Assembly (NCBI GenBank): GCA_964630905.1
Contig: CAZVWR010000004.1
Span: forward strand, 6,775 to 70,774
Length of the DNA: 64,000 nucleotides
Direction: 5' to 3'
DNA from: an uncultured Spirochaetales bacterium
GTDB lineage: Bacteria > UBP6 > UBA1177
Below, one piece after another: positions 31,354-40,760 of the stretch. How positions within the stretch are numbered: position 1 is the first letter of the stretch; the number at the start of each line of letters is the position of its first letter. A model generated the notes under the pieces. The model did no database searches and had not been told where the DNA came from. It saw only the letters and a program-made list of their open reading frames with translations. The translations under genes and the position numbers were made by a program.

Positions 31354-32451
31354 ATGACTGATGCTCCACAAGTTTCCCTACAGGACCTTCTCACACTGAT
31401 GATCGAACAGAATGCATCCGATCTGCACATTACGAGCGGAAGCCCGCCGCAGCTCAGGATCGACGGTTCGCTCCGTCCGGTGAATGTTCCTCCTCTTTCT
31501 CCGACTGAAACAAAAAGGCTTGCCTACAGTATTCTTACTGAAAAACAGAAAAAACAGTTTGAAGAGAAAAATGAGCTCGACTTAAGTTTCGGTGTAAAGA
31601 ACTTAAGCCGTTTCAGGGCGAATGTGTTTATGCAAAGAGGGGCGATAAGTGCAGCGATCCGAGTCATCCCTTATAAAATTCTTGATTTCAAACAACTCGG
31701 ACTGCCTCCCATAGTTGAAGAACTCGCAAAAAAACCGAAGGGACTGATTCTTGTGACAGGCCCGACAGGAAGCGGAAAATCGACTACACTTGCATCCATT
31801 GTTGATTATATAAACAGAAACAGGAAGGGACACATTGTTACCATTGAAGACCCGATAGAATTTATTCACAGTCACAAGAACTGTATCGTCAATCAGAGAG
31901 AAGTCGGTGCCGATACAGGATCTTTCGGGGCGGCTCTCCGCGTTGTTCTCCGGCAGGATCCTGATGTTGTTCTGATAGGCGAGATCAGAGACCTTGAAAC
32001 AATGGCGACAGCGCTAAGTGTTTCTGAAACAGGTCACCTTGCACTTGCCACTCTTCACACAAACAGCACTATCGAAACGATAAACCGTATAATTGATATG
32101 TTCCCTGTCAATCAGCAGTCACAGGTTCGTGCCCAGCTGAGCTTTGTTCTGGTTGGAATTGTCGCCCAGACACTTGTTCCTAAAAAATTTGGCGGCGGTC
32201 GAGTGATAGCCTGTGAAATAATGGTCCCCAACGCCGCAATAAGAAACCTCATCAGGGAAGAGAAACTTCAGCAGATATACTCAAGCATGCAGTCCGGACA
32301 GAAGGACAGTAATATGCAGACAATGACACAGGATCTGGCAAGGCTTGTGAAAAATGACATAATTGACATTAACGAAGCCCTTGCTATTGTTCCTTTTGTA
32401 GATGAGTTCCAGAATCTTCTGGCAAAATCAAATCAGCCGACAAGGAGGTAA
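31354..32451 (+). CDS. pilT: Twitching motility ATPase PilT.
   Basis: ASDLHITSGSPPQLRIDG, GPTGSGKSTT, 365 aa. Confidence 0.85.
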   Translation: MTDAPQVSLQDLLTLMIEQNASDLHITSGSPPQLRIDGSLRPVNVPPLSPTETKRLAYSILTEKQKKQFEEKNELDLSFGVKNLSRFRANVFMQRGAISAAIRVIPYKILDFKQLGLPPIVEELAKKPKGLILVTGPTGSGKSTTLASIVDYINRNRKGHIVTIEDPIEFIHSHKNCIVNQREVGADTGSFGAALRVVLRQDPDVVLIGEIRDLETMATALSVSETGHLALATLHTNSTIETINRIIDMFPVNQQSQVRAQLSFVLVGIVAQTLVPKKFGGGRVIACEIMVPNAAIRNLIREEKLQQIYSSMQSGQKDSNMQTMTQDLARLVKNDIIDINEALAIVPFVDEFQNLLAKSNQPTRR

Positions 32452-32453
32452 TT

Positions 32454-33650
32454 ATGCCGTTTTACAGGTACTCCGGAGTGAACAAAAAAGGTGAAGCTGT
32501 AAAGGGTTCCATTGATGCAGATGACGAAAGAGGTGCCCGTCAGGCGTTGATGGCAAAAGGGGTACGCCCCGATTCAATAAAGAAGGACTGGACCAGGATC
32601 GAACTTGGCGGCGGCGGCATCGGAAATAAGGAGCTGGTCATCTTCACCCGTCAGTTTGCAACGATGATAAACGCAGGTCTTTCGATCATTCAGGGACTTG
32701 AGATACTTGCTGCACAGTCTGAAACACCTGCTTTCAGAAGCGTTATCAGAAAAGTGAAAAATTCAGTTGAAGAGGGAAAGTCGCTGAGTGATGCGTTAAA
32801 AGATCACAAGACAGTTTTCTCAGACCTTTATGTCAACCTTGTCGCTGCAGGTGAGGTGGGCGGTATTCTTGATACTATCCTTGACCGTCTTGCCGTTTTC
32901 CTTGAAAAGAATGCGGCGATAAACGACAAGATCAAAAGTGCGATGAAATATCCGACAGTTGTCATGATAGCGGTTATCGGTATAACCATAGTCCTTCTTT
33001 ACTGGGTCGTTCCTACATTTGCTTCAATGTTCATGAGTGCCGGTCAGCAGCTTCCGGGACTTACGCAGGTGGTTGTTGACCTCAGTGAATGGACGCAGAA
33101 CAATATTCTTATCATAATCGGAGCTTTGGTCGGAATAATTTTCGGATTTAAAACAGCTATGAAGAACAAACAGTTCCGTTTTAATATTCATAAAATGTCT
33201 CTTGATGCTCCGATAGTGGGCGACCTCATCAAGAAGTCCGCTGTCGCAAGGTTCACAAGAACTCTGGGAACCCTTGTCAGCTCCGGTGTTCCCCTTGTTG
33301 ACGGACTTGAGGTCGTTTCAAGGACAGCAGGAAACCTCGCAATAGAAAAAGCGATCGTTTTTGTAAGGGCGAGGGTCATCGAAGGAAGCGACATGACAAC
33401 GCCTCTGACAGATGTAGGGATATTCCCTTCAATGGTCGTTCAGATGATAGGCGTCGGTGAGGCGACCGGAGCTATGGACACAATGCTTAATAAAATTGCT
33501 GACTTCTATGAAGATGAAGTCGATGTTGCAATAGATGGTCTTACCTCAATGATCGAGCCGATACTCATGATATTTGTCGGCGGAATAGTCGGAACAATGA
33601 TGGTCGCAATGTATCTTCCGATCTTCAGCATGGGTAAAGCGGTCGGATGA
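32454..33650 (+). CDS. pilC: Type IV pilus platform protein PilC (GspF family).
   Basis: Two T2SS-F repeats and 3 transmembrane segments, 398 aa. Confidence 0.8.
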   Translation: MPFYRYSGVNKKGEAVKGSIDADDERGARQALMAKGVRPDSIKKDWTRIELGGGGIGNKELVIFTRQFATMINAGLSIIQGLEILAAQSETPAFRSVIRKVKNSVEEGKSLSDALKDHKTVFSDLYVNLVAAGEVGGILDTILDRLAVFLEKNAAINDKIKSAMKYPTVVMIAVIGITIVLLYWVVPTFASMFMSAGQQLPGLTQVVVDLSEWTQNNILIIIGALVGIIFGFKTAMKNKQFRFNIHKMSLDAPIVGDLIKKSAVARFTRTLGTLVSSGVPLVDGLEVVSRTAGNLAIEKAIVFVRARVIEGSDMTTPLTDVGIFPSMVVQMIGVGEATGAMDTMLNKIADFYEDEVDVAIDGLTSMIEPILMIFVGGIVGTMMVAMYLPIFSMGKAVG

Positions 33651-35248
33651 TCCCTCTCTACACGGAAGAATTCCGGAATCACTTATACTACTATTTCATT
33701 ATCAGGTTCTTTTTCATATTTACTGTTGTATTTTCCTTTTTTCTTTTTCCTTTCATCCGCGAAAACACCGATATTTTTTCATTTGCGAACAAGGTTTTCC
33801 TTTCTGCGGCTTTTACGATTGTCCTGATCAACATCATATCGCTCATTTTTAACAGAAGCATAAATGAAAAATATCTGAAACCTTTTGCATATTTTCAATT
33901 CACACTGGAAATAATGTTCTGGGTAGTGGTTTCATATTTAAGCGGCGGCATCGAGTCGCCTTATCTCTATGTAATTATTATCAACATTGTTTATTCAGGC
34001 ATCCTTTTAAGAGAGAAAGGTGCAATATTTACAACACTTTTTGCTTTTATATTGCTTCTTGTACAGGGGATAACGATCAAACTTTCAATGGTGCCTCTAA
34101 TAAGTACTCAGCTTGTTGAGCTGTATGCTTCAAAATGGGAGACATATTTTTCCCGTCTTTTTACATATCTTCTTTTCTTTTCTTTCACCGGCTTTATTGC
34201 GAGCAGGATCTCAAAAGGATTTCAGCAGGCAAGCAGAAACCTTTTTGAAAGTGCTCAAAGGAACAAGGAGCTGAGAAGACATTTCTTTGCAATATTTTCA
34301 AACATTAACATGGGTGTTGTGATCCTCAGCGGTTCGGAAAGGGTTTATATGAACAAATATGCGCAGCAGTTTCAAAACATTCTGGATGATATGCAGAAGG
34401 AGATAATGGCTGACATTTCAGCACAAGGGAGATGGTCAGAAAAAAAGATAAATGAAATGTGGCTCAGTTATACGGTCATGCCTTATGTTGAATCCCAGAA
34501 TGTCATTATATTTTCTGATGTCACAGCGATAAGAAAAAGAGAAGAAGAGCTTGAACACTCAGAAAGAATGGCTTCCATCGGAAAACTTACAGCTTCGATC
34601 GCACACGAGATAAAAAACCCTCTCACATCTCTTATCGGAGCGAGTGAACTGATGTTTGCAAGCTCAGGATCGCCTACTATGGATCAGGGTGATAGTGTGG
34701 TCAACGATCAGCTTATTGACATCATAAGAAGAGAAGGCAGCAGGGTTAAAACTCTTCTTGATTCACTTTTCAGATATACCGAAGAACTGAAATATACCAT
34801 GTCTCCATGCAGTATTAAAGACATTTTCAATGATGTGTCTGTTCTTTTTAAACTCGGTCATTCCGGAATGAAAATTGATGCAGATGTGGAAGATCTGAAA
34901 GTGCTTGCAGATGCTGAAAGAATGAAAGAGGTCTTCTGGAATATTCTTGTAAACAGTGCTGAGGCGATGTCCGAAAAAGGAGATATAGCTGTATTTTCAA
35001 AACTGAGAAATAAAAATGTCCAGATAATTTTTGATGATACCGGCCCTGGATTCATTGAAAAGAACATTGACAGAATATTTGATCCGTTCTTTTCGACAAA
35101 GAAAAGAGGGACAGGTCTGGGTCTTGCTCAGGTTTACAGAATTGTGACCCGTCACGGCGGATCTGTTAAAGCGATGAACACAGGAAACGGTGCAAGAGTT
35201 GTGATAGAGCTGGCACTTTATACGGAAGGTGGTGAAAATGGAAAGTAG
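33647..35248 (+). CDS. Membrane sensor histidine kinase (PilS-like, 6-TM N terminus).
   Basis: H-box ASIAHEIKNPLTSL and HATPase DTGPGF...GTGLGLAQV. The ATGA overlap couples it to pilC. Confidence 0.8.
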   Translation: MIPLYTEEFRNHLYYYFIIRFFFIFTVVFSFFLFPFIRENTDIFSFANKVFLSAAFTIVLINIISLIFNRSINEKYLKPFAYFQFTLEIMFWVVVSYLSGGIESPYLYVIIINIVYSGILLREKGAIFTTLFAFILLLVQGITIKLSMVPLISTQLVELYASKWETYFSRLFTYLLFFSFTGFIASRISKGFQQASRNLFESAQRNKELRRHFFAIFSNINMGVVILSGSERVYMNKYAQQFQNILDDMQKEIMADISAQGRWSEKKINEMWLSYTVMPYVESQNVIIFSDVTAIRKREEELEHSERMASIGKLTASIAHEIKNPLTSLIGASELMFASSGSPTMDQGDSVVNDQLIDIIRREGSRVKTLLDSLFRYTEELKYTMSPCSIKDIFNDVSVLFKLGHSGMKIDADVEDLKVLADAERMKEVFWNILVNSAEAMSEKGDIAVFSKLRNKNVQIIFDDTGPGFIEKNIDRIFDPFFSTKKRGTGLGLAQVYRIVTRHGGSVKAMNTGNGARVVIELALYTEGGENGK

Positions 35249-36635
35249 CAGAATTCTGGTCATTGATGATGAACTAAGCATGAGACAGTTTCTTGAGATA
35301 CTTCTCAAAAAGGATGGTTACAGTGTTGATACCGCTGAAAACGGCGCCAAAGCGATTGAAATGCTGAAAAAAAATAAATATTCAGTAATATTAATGGATT
35401 ATAATATGCCCGAAGCAATTGACGGGATAGATCTTCTGAATGAACTGAGGATAAGGAGCAGAAAGTCGCAGATAATTGTGATAACAGCTTTTGCATCAAC
35501 AGAACAGGCCATCAAAGCGATAGAGCTCGGTGCTGTAGACTATGTCAGCAAACCGTTCAATGTGGCAGAGATAAGGGATATCGTGAAAAAGTGCATTTCC
35601 ATCGAAACAAGTGAGGATTCCCATATCAAAGAACCTGTTGCAGTTGAAAAGAAAAGCAGAAAAAATGAAAGTGCACTATCGGAAGAAGTTGTTGCTGAAA
35701 GTCCCAAGATGCTGAAAATACTGGAAATAGCAAAGCAGATAGCTCCGACGGACAGCACTGTTCTTCTCACGGGTGACAGCGGAACCGGAAAAGAGGTTGT
35801 TGCCAGATATATTCATGCCAACAGCGGAAGAAGCAATAAGCCGTGGTATCCTGTAAACTGTGGAGCAATCCCTGAAAATCTTCTTGAAAGCGAACTGTTC
35901 GGGCATGAAAAAGGGTCTTTTACCGGTGCATACCAGATGAAAAAAGGGTATTTTGAGGTTGCAGGGGATGGAACCCTTTTCCTTGATGAGATAGGTGAAT
36001 TGAGTGAAAACATGCAGGTCAAACTTCTCCGTGTTCTGCAGGAAAAGAATTTTACAAGGGTCGGCGGCACAGAAAAAATAGTTACAAATGTAAGACTTAT
36101 TGCCGCAACCAACAGAAATCTGAAAGAGCAGATGCAGAAAGGAAAGTTCCGTGAGGATCTCTATTTCAGGCTCAATGTTCTTGAACTGTATATTCCCCCG
36201 TTAAATGAAAGGCGGGAAGATATAATCCCCCTTGCAAATTTCTTTCTTGAGCAGTTTTCAAGAAAGTCAGGTGTGAAATATAGATTTTCCAGAGAACTCA
36301 TTGATTTTTTTATGAATTATCCGTTCCAGGGAAATGTCAGAGAGCTCAAGAATATCATTGAAAGGGGGACTGTTTTTGCAAAGGACGGACTGCTTACAAA
36401 AACCCATTTTGAAAATGCACACATCATTTCAGAAAAGATCACGAAAGACTTGTCCATTGATGTAAGCGACAATATTGATCTGGACGAAATACTTGCTGAA
36501 ATTGAGAAGAAGTACATCATTGCGGCACTTAGAAAAACTGATTACAACAGGCACGATACATGTGTTCTTCTTAATATTTCAGAAAGGTCATTAAGATACA
36601 GGATAAGCAAACTCGGGATCAGCGATGATGAATAA
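35229..36635 (+). CDS. Sigma-54-dependent response regulator (NtrC/PilR-like).
   Basis: REC domain, AAA+ domain with GDSGTGKE and GSFTGA (a GAFTGA variant), and a C-terminal Fis-type helix-turn-helix. Confidence 0.85.
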   Translation: MVKMESSRILVIDDELSMRQFLEILLKKDGYSVDTAENGAKAIEMLKKNKYSVILMDYNMPEAIDGIDLLNELRIRSRKSQIIVITAFASTEQAIKAIELGAVDYVSKPFNVAEIRDIVKKCISIETSEDSHIKEPVAVEKKSRKNESALSEEVVAESPKMLKILEIAKQIAPTDSTVLLTGDSGTGKEVVARYIHANSGRSNKPWYPVNCGAIPENLLESELFGHEKGSFTGAYQMKKGYFEVAGDGTLFLDEIGELSENMQVKLLRVLQEKNFTRVGGTEKIVTNVRLIAATNRNLKEQMQKGKFREDLYFRLNVLELYIPPLNERREDIIPLANFFLEQFSRKSGVKYRFSRELIDFFMNYPFQGNVRELKNIIERGTVFAKDGLLTKTHFENAHIISEKITKDLSIDVSDNIDLDEILAEIEKKYIIAALRKTDYNRHDTCVLLNISERSLRYRISKLGISDDE

Positions 36636-37491
36636 TATGAGCGAAATGTTAAAAATGTTGAATAGTTATCAGTTTGTGCCGTTTACAGCGGGCTTTGTTT
36701 TTGTATTCGGACTTTTAACAGGCAGTTTTTTAAATGTCTGCATTTACAGGATCCCTTTGAAAAAAAGCATTGTCTTTCCACCGAGTTCCTGCACAAAATG
36801 CAGTCATCAGATAAGATGGTATGAAAACATTCCGGTTTTAAGCTGGCTTTTTCTAAGGGGAAAATGTTCAGGATGCGGCGAAAAGATATCGATCATATAT
36901 CCGTCCATTGAACTTTTAAACGGATTTCTTTATGTGCTTGCATTTGTCCGTTTCGGATTTTACCCCGAACTTTTTCTGGTTTTCTACTTTCTTTCCGCGA
37001 TGATAATTACTGCGGCGATTGATTTCAAGACACAATTTGTTTACAGCGGAGTTGTTCTTCCGCTGATAATTTCAGGAATGTTATGGAGTTATCTCAATCC
37101 TTATACAGAGCTGCTTTTCTCTTTGGCAGGTGCTTTATCGGGAGGAGGGATACTTCTTCTGGCGATATTAGTTTTTTATATTGTTACAAAAAAGATCGGT
37201 ATGGGACTCGGCGATGTCTATATTCTTGCGGCGATCGGAGCATACACAGGTCCTTTCAGGATACCGTTGATCCTGTTAGCGGCATGTTTGACAGGGATAC
37301 TTTACTTCATGTTCGCAAAGCTGGTCTTTAAGAAAAAAAGAATCGCGGACAATATTACAAAAGAGGATTTAAATTCAAACGATGAAAAAGATGTTGAAAA
37401 TGCGATATATTTCGGTCCGTTTCTTGTCCTTGCAGGCATTGCTGTGTTGCTTATGCCTCCTGAAATTCTTGAAAATATCTTTCCTTTTTAA
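36625..37491 (+). CDS. pilD: Prepilin peptidase PilD (A24 family).
   Basis: N-terminal CxxC...CxxC (SSCTKCSHQ...GKCSGCGEK) followed by a polytopic membrane domain. Confidence 0.8.
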   Translation: MMNNMSEMLKMLNSYQFVPFTAGFVFVFGLLTGSFLNVCIYRIPLKKSIVFPPSSCTKCSHQIRWYENIPVLSWLFLRGKCSGCGEKISIIYPSIELLNGFLYVLAFVRFGFYPELFLVFYFLSAMIITAAIDFKTQFVYSGVVLPLIISGMLWSYLNPYTELLFSLAGALSGGGILLLAILVFYIVTKKIGMGLGDVYILAAIGAYTGPFRIPLILLAACLTGILYFMFAKLVFKKKRIADNITKEDLNSNDEKDVENAIYFGPFLVLAGIAVLLMPPEILENIFPF

Positions 37492-37502
37492 TGGAGTAGG
37501 TC

Positions 37503-38771
37503 ATGCTTAAGGAAAAAGCCCTTCACTATCACAAGTTTCCCAAACCAGGTAAGATTGACATTGTTCCCACAAAGAACTGTATTTCCCAAAGCGACCTTTC
37601 TCTTGCATACACTCCGGGAGTTGCTGAGCCATGCAGAGAGATAGAAAAAGATCCGCAAACTGCATATGACTATACAGGCAAAGGCAATCTTGTCGCTGTA
37701 ATTACTGATGGAACGGCTGTTTTGGGTCTTGGAGATATCGGTCCGCTTGCAGGGAAGCCGGTTATGGAAGGGAAGGCACTGCTCTTTAAAAGATTTGCGG
37801 ACATAAACAGTTATGACATTGAAGTGGATCAGACCGATCCTGCTGAATTTATTAAGATAGTTAAAGCTCTTGAGCCCACATTCGGGGGAATAAATCTTGA
37901 AGATATCTCTTCTCCAAGATGTTTTGAAATTGAAGAAAAGCTTAAAGAGATCATGGATATCCCGGTTTTTCATGACGATCAGCATGGAACGGCGGTCATA
38001 GGAGCGGCGGCAGTGTTGAACGGTCTTGAAATTGCGGGTAAGAAACCTGAAAATTGCAAGGTTGTTCTTACAGGACCGGGAGCGGCAGGTGTTGCAATCG
38101 CAAGACACCTTATAAATTGCGGTTTTATTGAAGAAAATATTTTTGCATATGACAGCAAAGGTGTTCTGTATAAGGGAAGAAAAGATTTGAAAAGCTCTTA
38201 CCACAGTTTCCTTTTCAGAGATACTGAAAAAAGAACATTGATCGAACTGTTTGAAAATGCTGATGTTTTCATTGGTACAAGTGTGAAGGGAATGGTCACT
38301 GAAGAGATGATCTTGAAGATGGCACAAGACCCTGTTATACTGCCGATGGCAAATCCTGATCCCGAGATACCGTATGAAACTGTCGTGAAGGTGAGACCGG
38401 ATGCAATGGTGGGGACAGGGAGAAGTGATTATCCCAATCAGGTGAACAATGTGCTCGGATTTCCTGCAATTTTCAGAGGAGCACTTGATGTGCGGGCAAG
38501 AAAGATCACTGAAAATATGAAAATGGGGGCAACTCATGCTCTGATGAGAGTTGCAAAAATGCCGGTCCTTAAATCTGTGCTTGATGTTTACGGGCTTAAA
38601 GAGCTTGAGTTCGGGAAAGATTATCTTATTCCTAAACCTTTTGATCCCAGAGTCCTTGTCGAAGTTGCTTCGTCTGTTGCAAGTGCGGCAATGGAGGAGG
38701 GTGTGAGCAGAATAAAGATAGATATTGAAAAATATAAAAAAGATCTCACGGAGAGATTTGTTCATGAGTGA
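37503..38771 (+). CDS. NAD(P)-dependent malic enzyme (short form).
   Basis: [12 protein letters not shown]...[15 protein letters not shown]...GPGAAG; 422 aa with no PTA-like tail. Confidence 0.85.
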   Translation: MLKEKALHYHKFPKPGKIDIVPTKNCISQSDLSLAYTPGVAEPCREIEKDPQTAYDYTGKGNLVAVITDGTAVLGLGDIGPLAGKPVMEGKALLFKRFADINSYDIEVDQTDPAEFIKIVKALEPTFGGINLEDISSPRCFEIEEKLKEIMDIPVFHDDQHGTAVIGAAAVLNGLEIAGKKPENCKVVLTGPGAAGVAIARHLINCGFIEENIFAYDSKGVLYKGRKDLKSSYHSFLFRDTEKRTLIELFENADVFIGTSVKGMVTEEMILKMAQDPVILPMANPDPEIPYETVVKVRPDAMVGTGRSDYPNQVNNVLGFPAIFRGALDVRARKITENMKMGATHALMRVAKMPVLKSVLDVYGLKELEFGKDYLIPKPFDPRVLVEVASSVASAAMEEGVSRIKIDIEKYKKDLTERFVHE

Positions 38772-39282
38772 AAAGGGGTTTGTCCAGGTTTATACAGGGA
38801 ACGGTAAGGGCAAGACTACTGCGGCACTCGGACTTGCACTTAGAGCCGCGGCGTCTGGAAAGAAAGTTTTTATAGGTCAGTTTGTAAAAGGGATGCATTA
38901 CAGCGAGCTTGATGTTATTCAAACTATTGAAAACATTGAGATTAAGCAATATGGTGCAGACTGTTTTATTTACAATGTCCCTACTGAAAATGACATAAGA
39001 ATAGCTAACGAAGGTCTTGCTGAAATGGCCAGGATCCTTAAAAGCGGAAAATATGATGTCGTAATTATGGATGAAGCAAACATTGCTCTTTATTTCAAGC
39101 TTTTTACATTTGAAAAGCTCTGGGAGGCAGTTTCTAACAGGGCGGAACATGTCGAAGTTGTCATCACTGGCCGCTATGCCCCCGATATATTGATCGAAAA
39201 AGCAGACCTCGTCACTGAAATGAAAGAAATAAAACATTATTACACATCGGGTATTCAGGCAAGAACCGGAATTGAGAAGTAG
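38764..39282 (+). CDS. cobO: Cob(I)yrinic acid a,c-diamide adenosyltransferase (CobO/BtuR type).
   Basis: VQVYTGNGKGKTTAALGLALRAAASG...GQFVKG. The start is taken at MSEKGF, which overlaps the malic enzyme stop. Confidence 0.8.
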   Translation: MSEKGFVQVYTGNGKGKTTAALGLALRAAASGKKVFIGQFVKGMHYSELDVIQTIENIEIKQYGADCFIYNVPTENDIRIANEGLAEMARILKSGKYDVVIMDEANIALYFKLFTFEKLWEAVSNRAEHVEVVITGRYAPDILIEKADLVTEMKEIKHYYTSGIQARTGIEK

Positions 39283-39291
39283 GGGTAATTC

Positions 39292-40323
39292 ATGAAAAAG
39301 AGTCTTTTATACATAGTCATTATTATTGTTGTAGCAGTTTCGACCTATGTTCTTTCAAAATATCAGGATTATCAGGATTTCAAGGTTGAGAAGATCGAAC
39401 TGGAAGATGAGGTCGCGGTCAATATCGAAAAGGGGAGTAACTGGAAAAAGGTTGCGGCAACTTTGAAAGAACAGGGTTTGATAAGTGATGATGAGATGTT
39501 TTACTGGATGATCCGTGAAAATAAATGGGGTGGCAATCTAAAAACAGGTGAATTCTCATTCTCCGGCAATGTCAGTCCGATCGATATTGCAAAAAAGATA
39601 ATGAGCGGAAAAGTGAGACTGTATTCATTTACAATTCCTGAGGGTTACAATAAATTTGATGCGGCGGGAGTTTTTAAAGGGATTGACTGGATAAAGGGGA
39701 GTGAACAGTTCCTTGAAATATGTCATGATAAGAATTTTCTTAATTCTATCGGAGCAAAAGGAAAGTCAAGCTGTGAAGGATTGCTGTTCCCTTCGACGTA
39801 TCATTTCCCCAAAGGTGTTGATATTATTGCGGTAATGACAAAAATGGCGGATCAAATGAAAGCAATTCTAAAAAAATATGAAACAGAAATGGGTAGACTC
39901 GATTTTGATGCTTACGACTTTTTGAAACTTGCTTCGATCATCGAAAAAGAGACAGGGGTCAAAGAAGAACAGCCGATGATAGCATCTGTATTTATCAACA
40001 GAAGAAGAATAGGAATGAAAATGCAGACCGACCCTTCAGTCATTTACGGACTTCTTCCTAAATTCACTGGAAATATTACAAGAAAAGATCTCATGACAGA
40101 TCATCCCTGGAATACATACACCAGATACGGATTCCCTGCGACGCCGCTCTGTTTTCCCGGAGAAGGAGCCATAAAAAGCATCGTCTATCCCGATGACACA
40201 AAGTATCTCTATTTTGTCGCCACAGGAAAAGGATACCACTATTTTTCAAAAACGCTCGTTGAACATAACGCCGCAGTCGAACATTATCAGGTCAAAGGGC
40301 TCAGAACAAAGTTTAATTACTGA
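39292..40323 (+). CDS. mltG: Endolytic murein transglycosylase MltG (YceG family).
   Basis: N-terminal transmembrane segment, FTIPEGYN, LASIIEKETG. Confidence 0.75.
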   Translation: MKKSLLYIVIIIVVAVSTYVLSKYQDYQDFKVEKIELEDEVAVNIEKGSNWKKVAATLKEQGLISDDEMFYWMIRENKWGGNLKTGEFSFSGNVSPIDIAKKIMSGKVRLYSFTIPEGYNKFDAAGVFKGIDWIKGSEQFLEICHDKNFLNSIGAKGKSSCEGLLFPSTYHFPKGVDIIAVMTKMADQMKAILKKYETEMGRLDFDAYDFLKLASIIEKETGVKEEQPMIASVFINRRRIGMKMQTDPSVIYGLLPKFTGNITRKDLMTDHPWNTYTRYGFPATPLCFPGEGAIKSIVYPDDTKYLYFVATGKGYHYFSKTLVEHNAAVEHYQVKGLRTKFNY

Positions 40324-40337
40324 AATAGGGGCTGATA

Positions 40338-40592
40338 ATGAGTATTGTTTCCGTAATAGGGATCGCCGCAGCAATATGTACCACGGTTTCATTTATCCCG
40401 CAGGTTTTGAAAACAATAAAGACAGGTCAGACCAAGGACATTTCTCTTTCGATGTATCTGATCTTTACGACAGGCATAGCATTGTGGCTTATCTACGGGA
40501 TCATGATAGGCGACCTGCCGATAATCATGGCAAACACAGTGACAGTCTTTCTTACCTCGATAGTTGTTGTCATGAAATTAAAGAACGGATAA
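40338..40592 (+). CDS. SemiSWEET / PQ-loop small sugar transporter.
   Basis: 84 aa, 3 transmembrane segments, PQ motif in SFIPQVLKT. Confidence 0.6.
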   Translation: MSIVSVIGIAAAICTTVSFIPQVLKTIKTGQTKDISLSMYLIFTTGIALWLIYGIMIGDLPIIMANTVTVFLTSIVVVMKLKNG

Positions 40593-40614
40593 CACTTTCC
40601 AATCTTGACTTTAT

Positions 40615-40760
40615 TGAATTTAAGGTTAGCATCAAGCTCAGTTTGAGTTCCTGTGGAAATCCGGTGCAAGTCCGGTGCTGTCCCGCAACTGTAAGGCGAT
40701 ATCGCTAAGCCAGACACACAAGCTCAGACGCAGTCAATTAGTACCCCGCGGAGGGAAAAA
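40615..40760 (+). promoter_or_regulatory. Cobalamin (B12) riboswitch leader of btuB.
   Basis: The conserved aptamer core is GGAAATCCGGTGCAAGTCCGGTGCTGTCCCGCAACTGTAAGG, followed by the B12-box-like GCTAAGCCAGACAC. The ribosome-binding site GGAGGG and the TTG start lie in the downstream expression platform. Confidence 0.8.

Noticed and set aside
37488-38765. A 425 aa minus-strand ORF antisense to the malic enzyme gene.
   Set aside because: It is low-complexity, Cys/His/Arg/Phe-rich, and has no motif. It is the mirror of a well-supported gene and is likely spurious.
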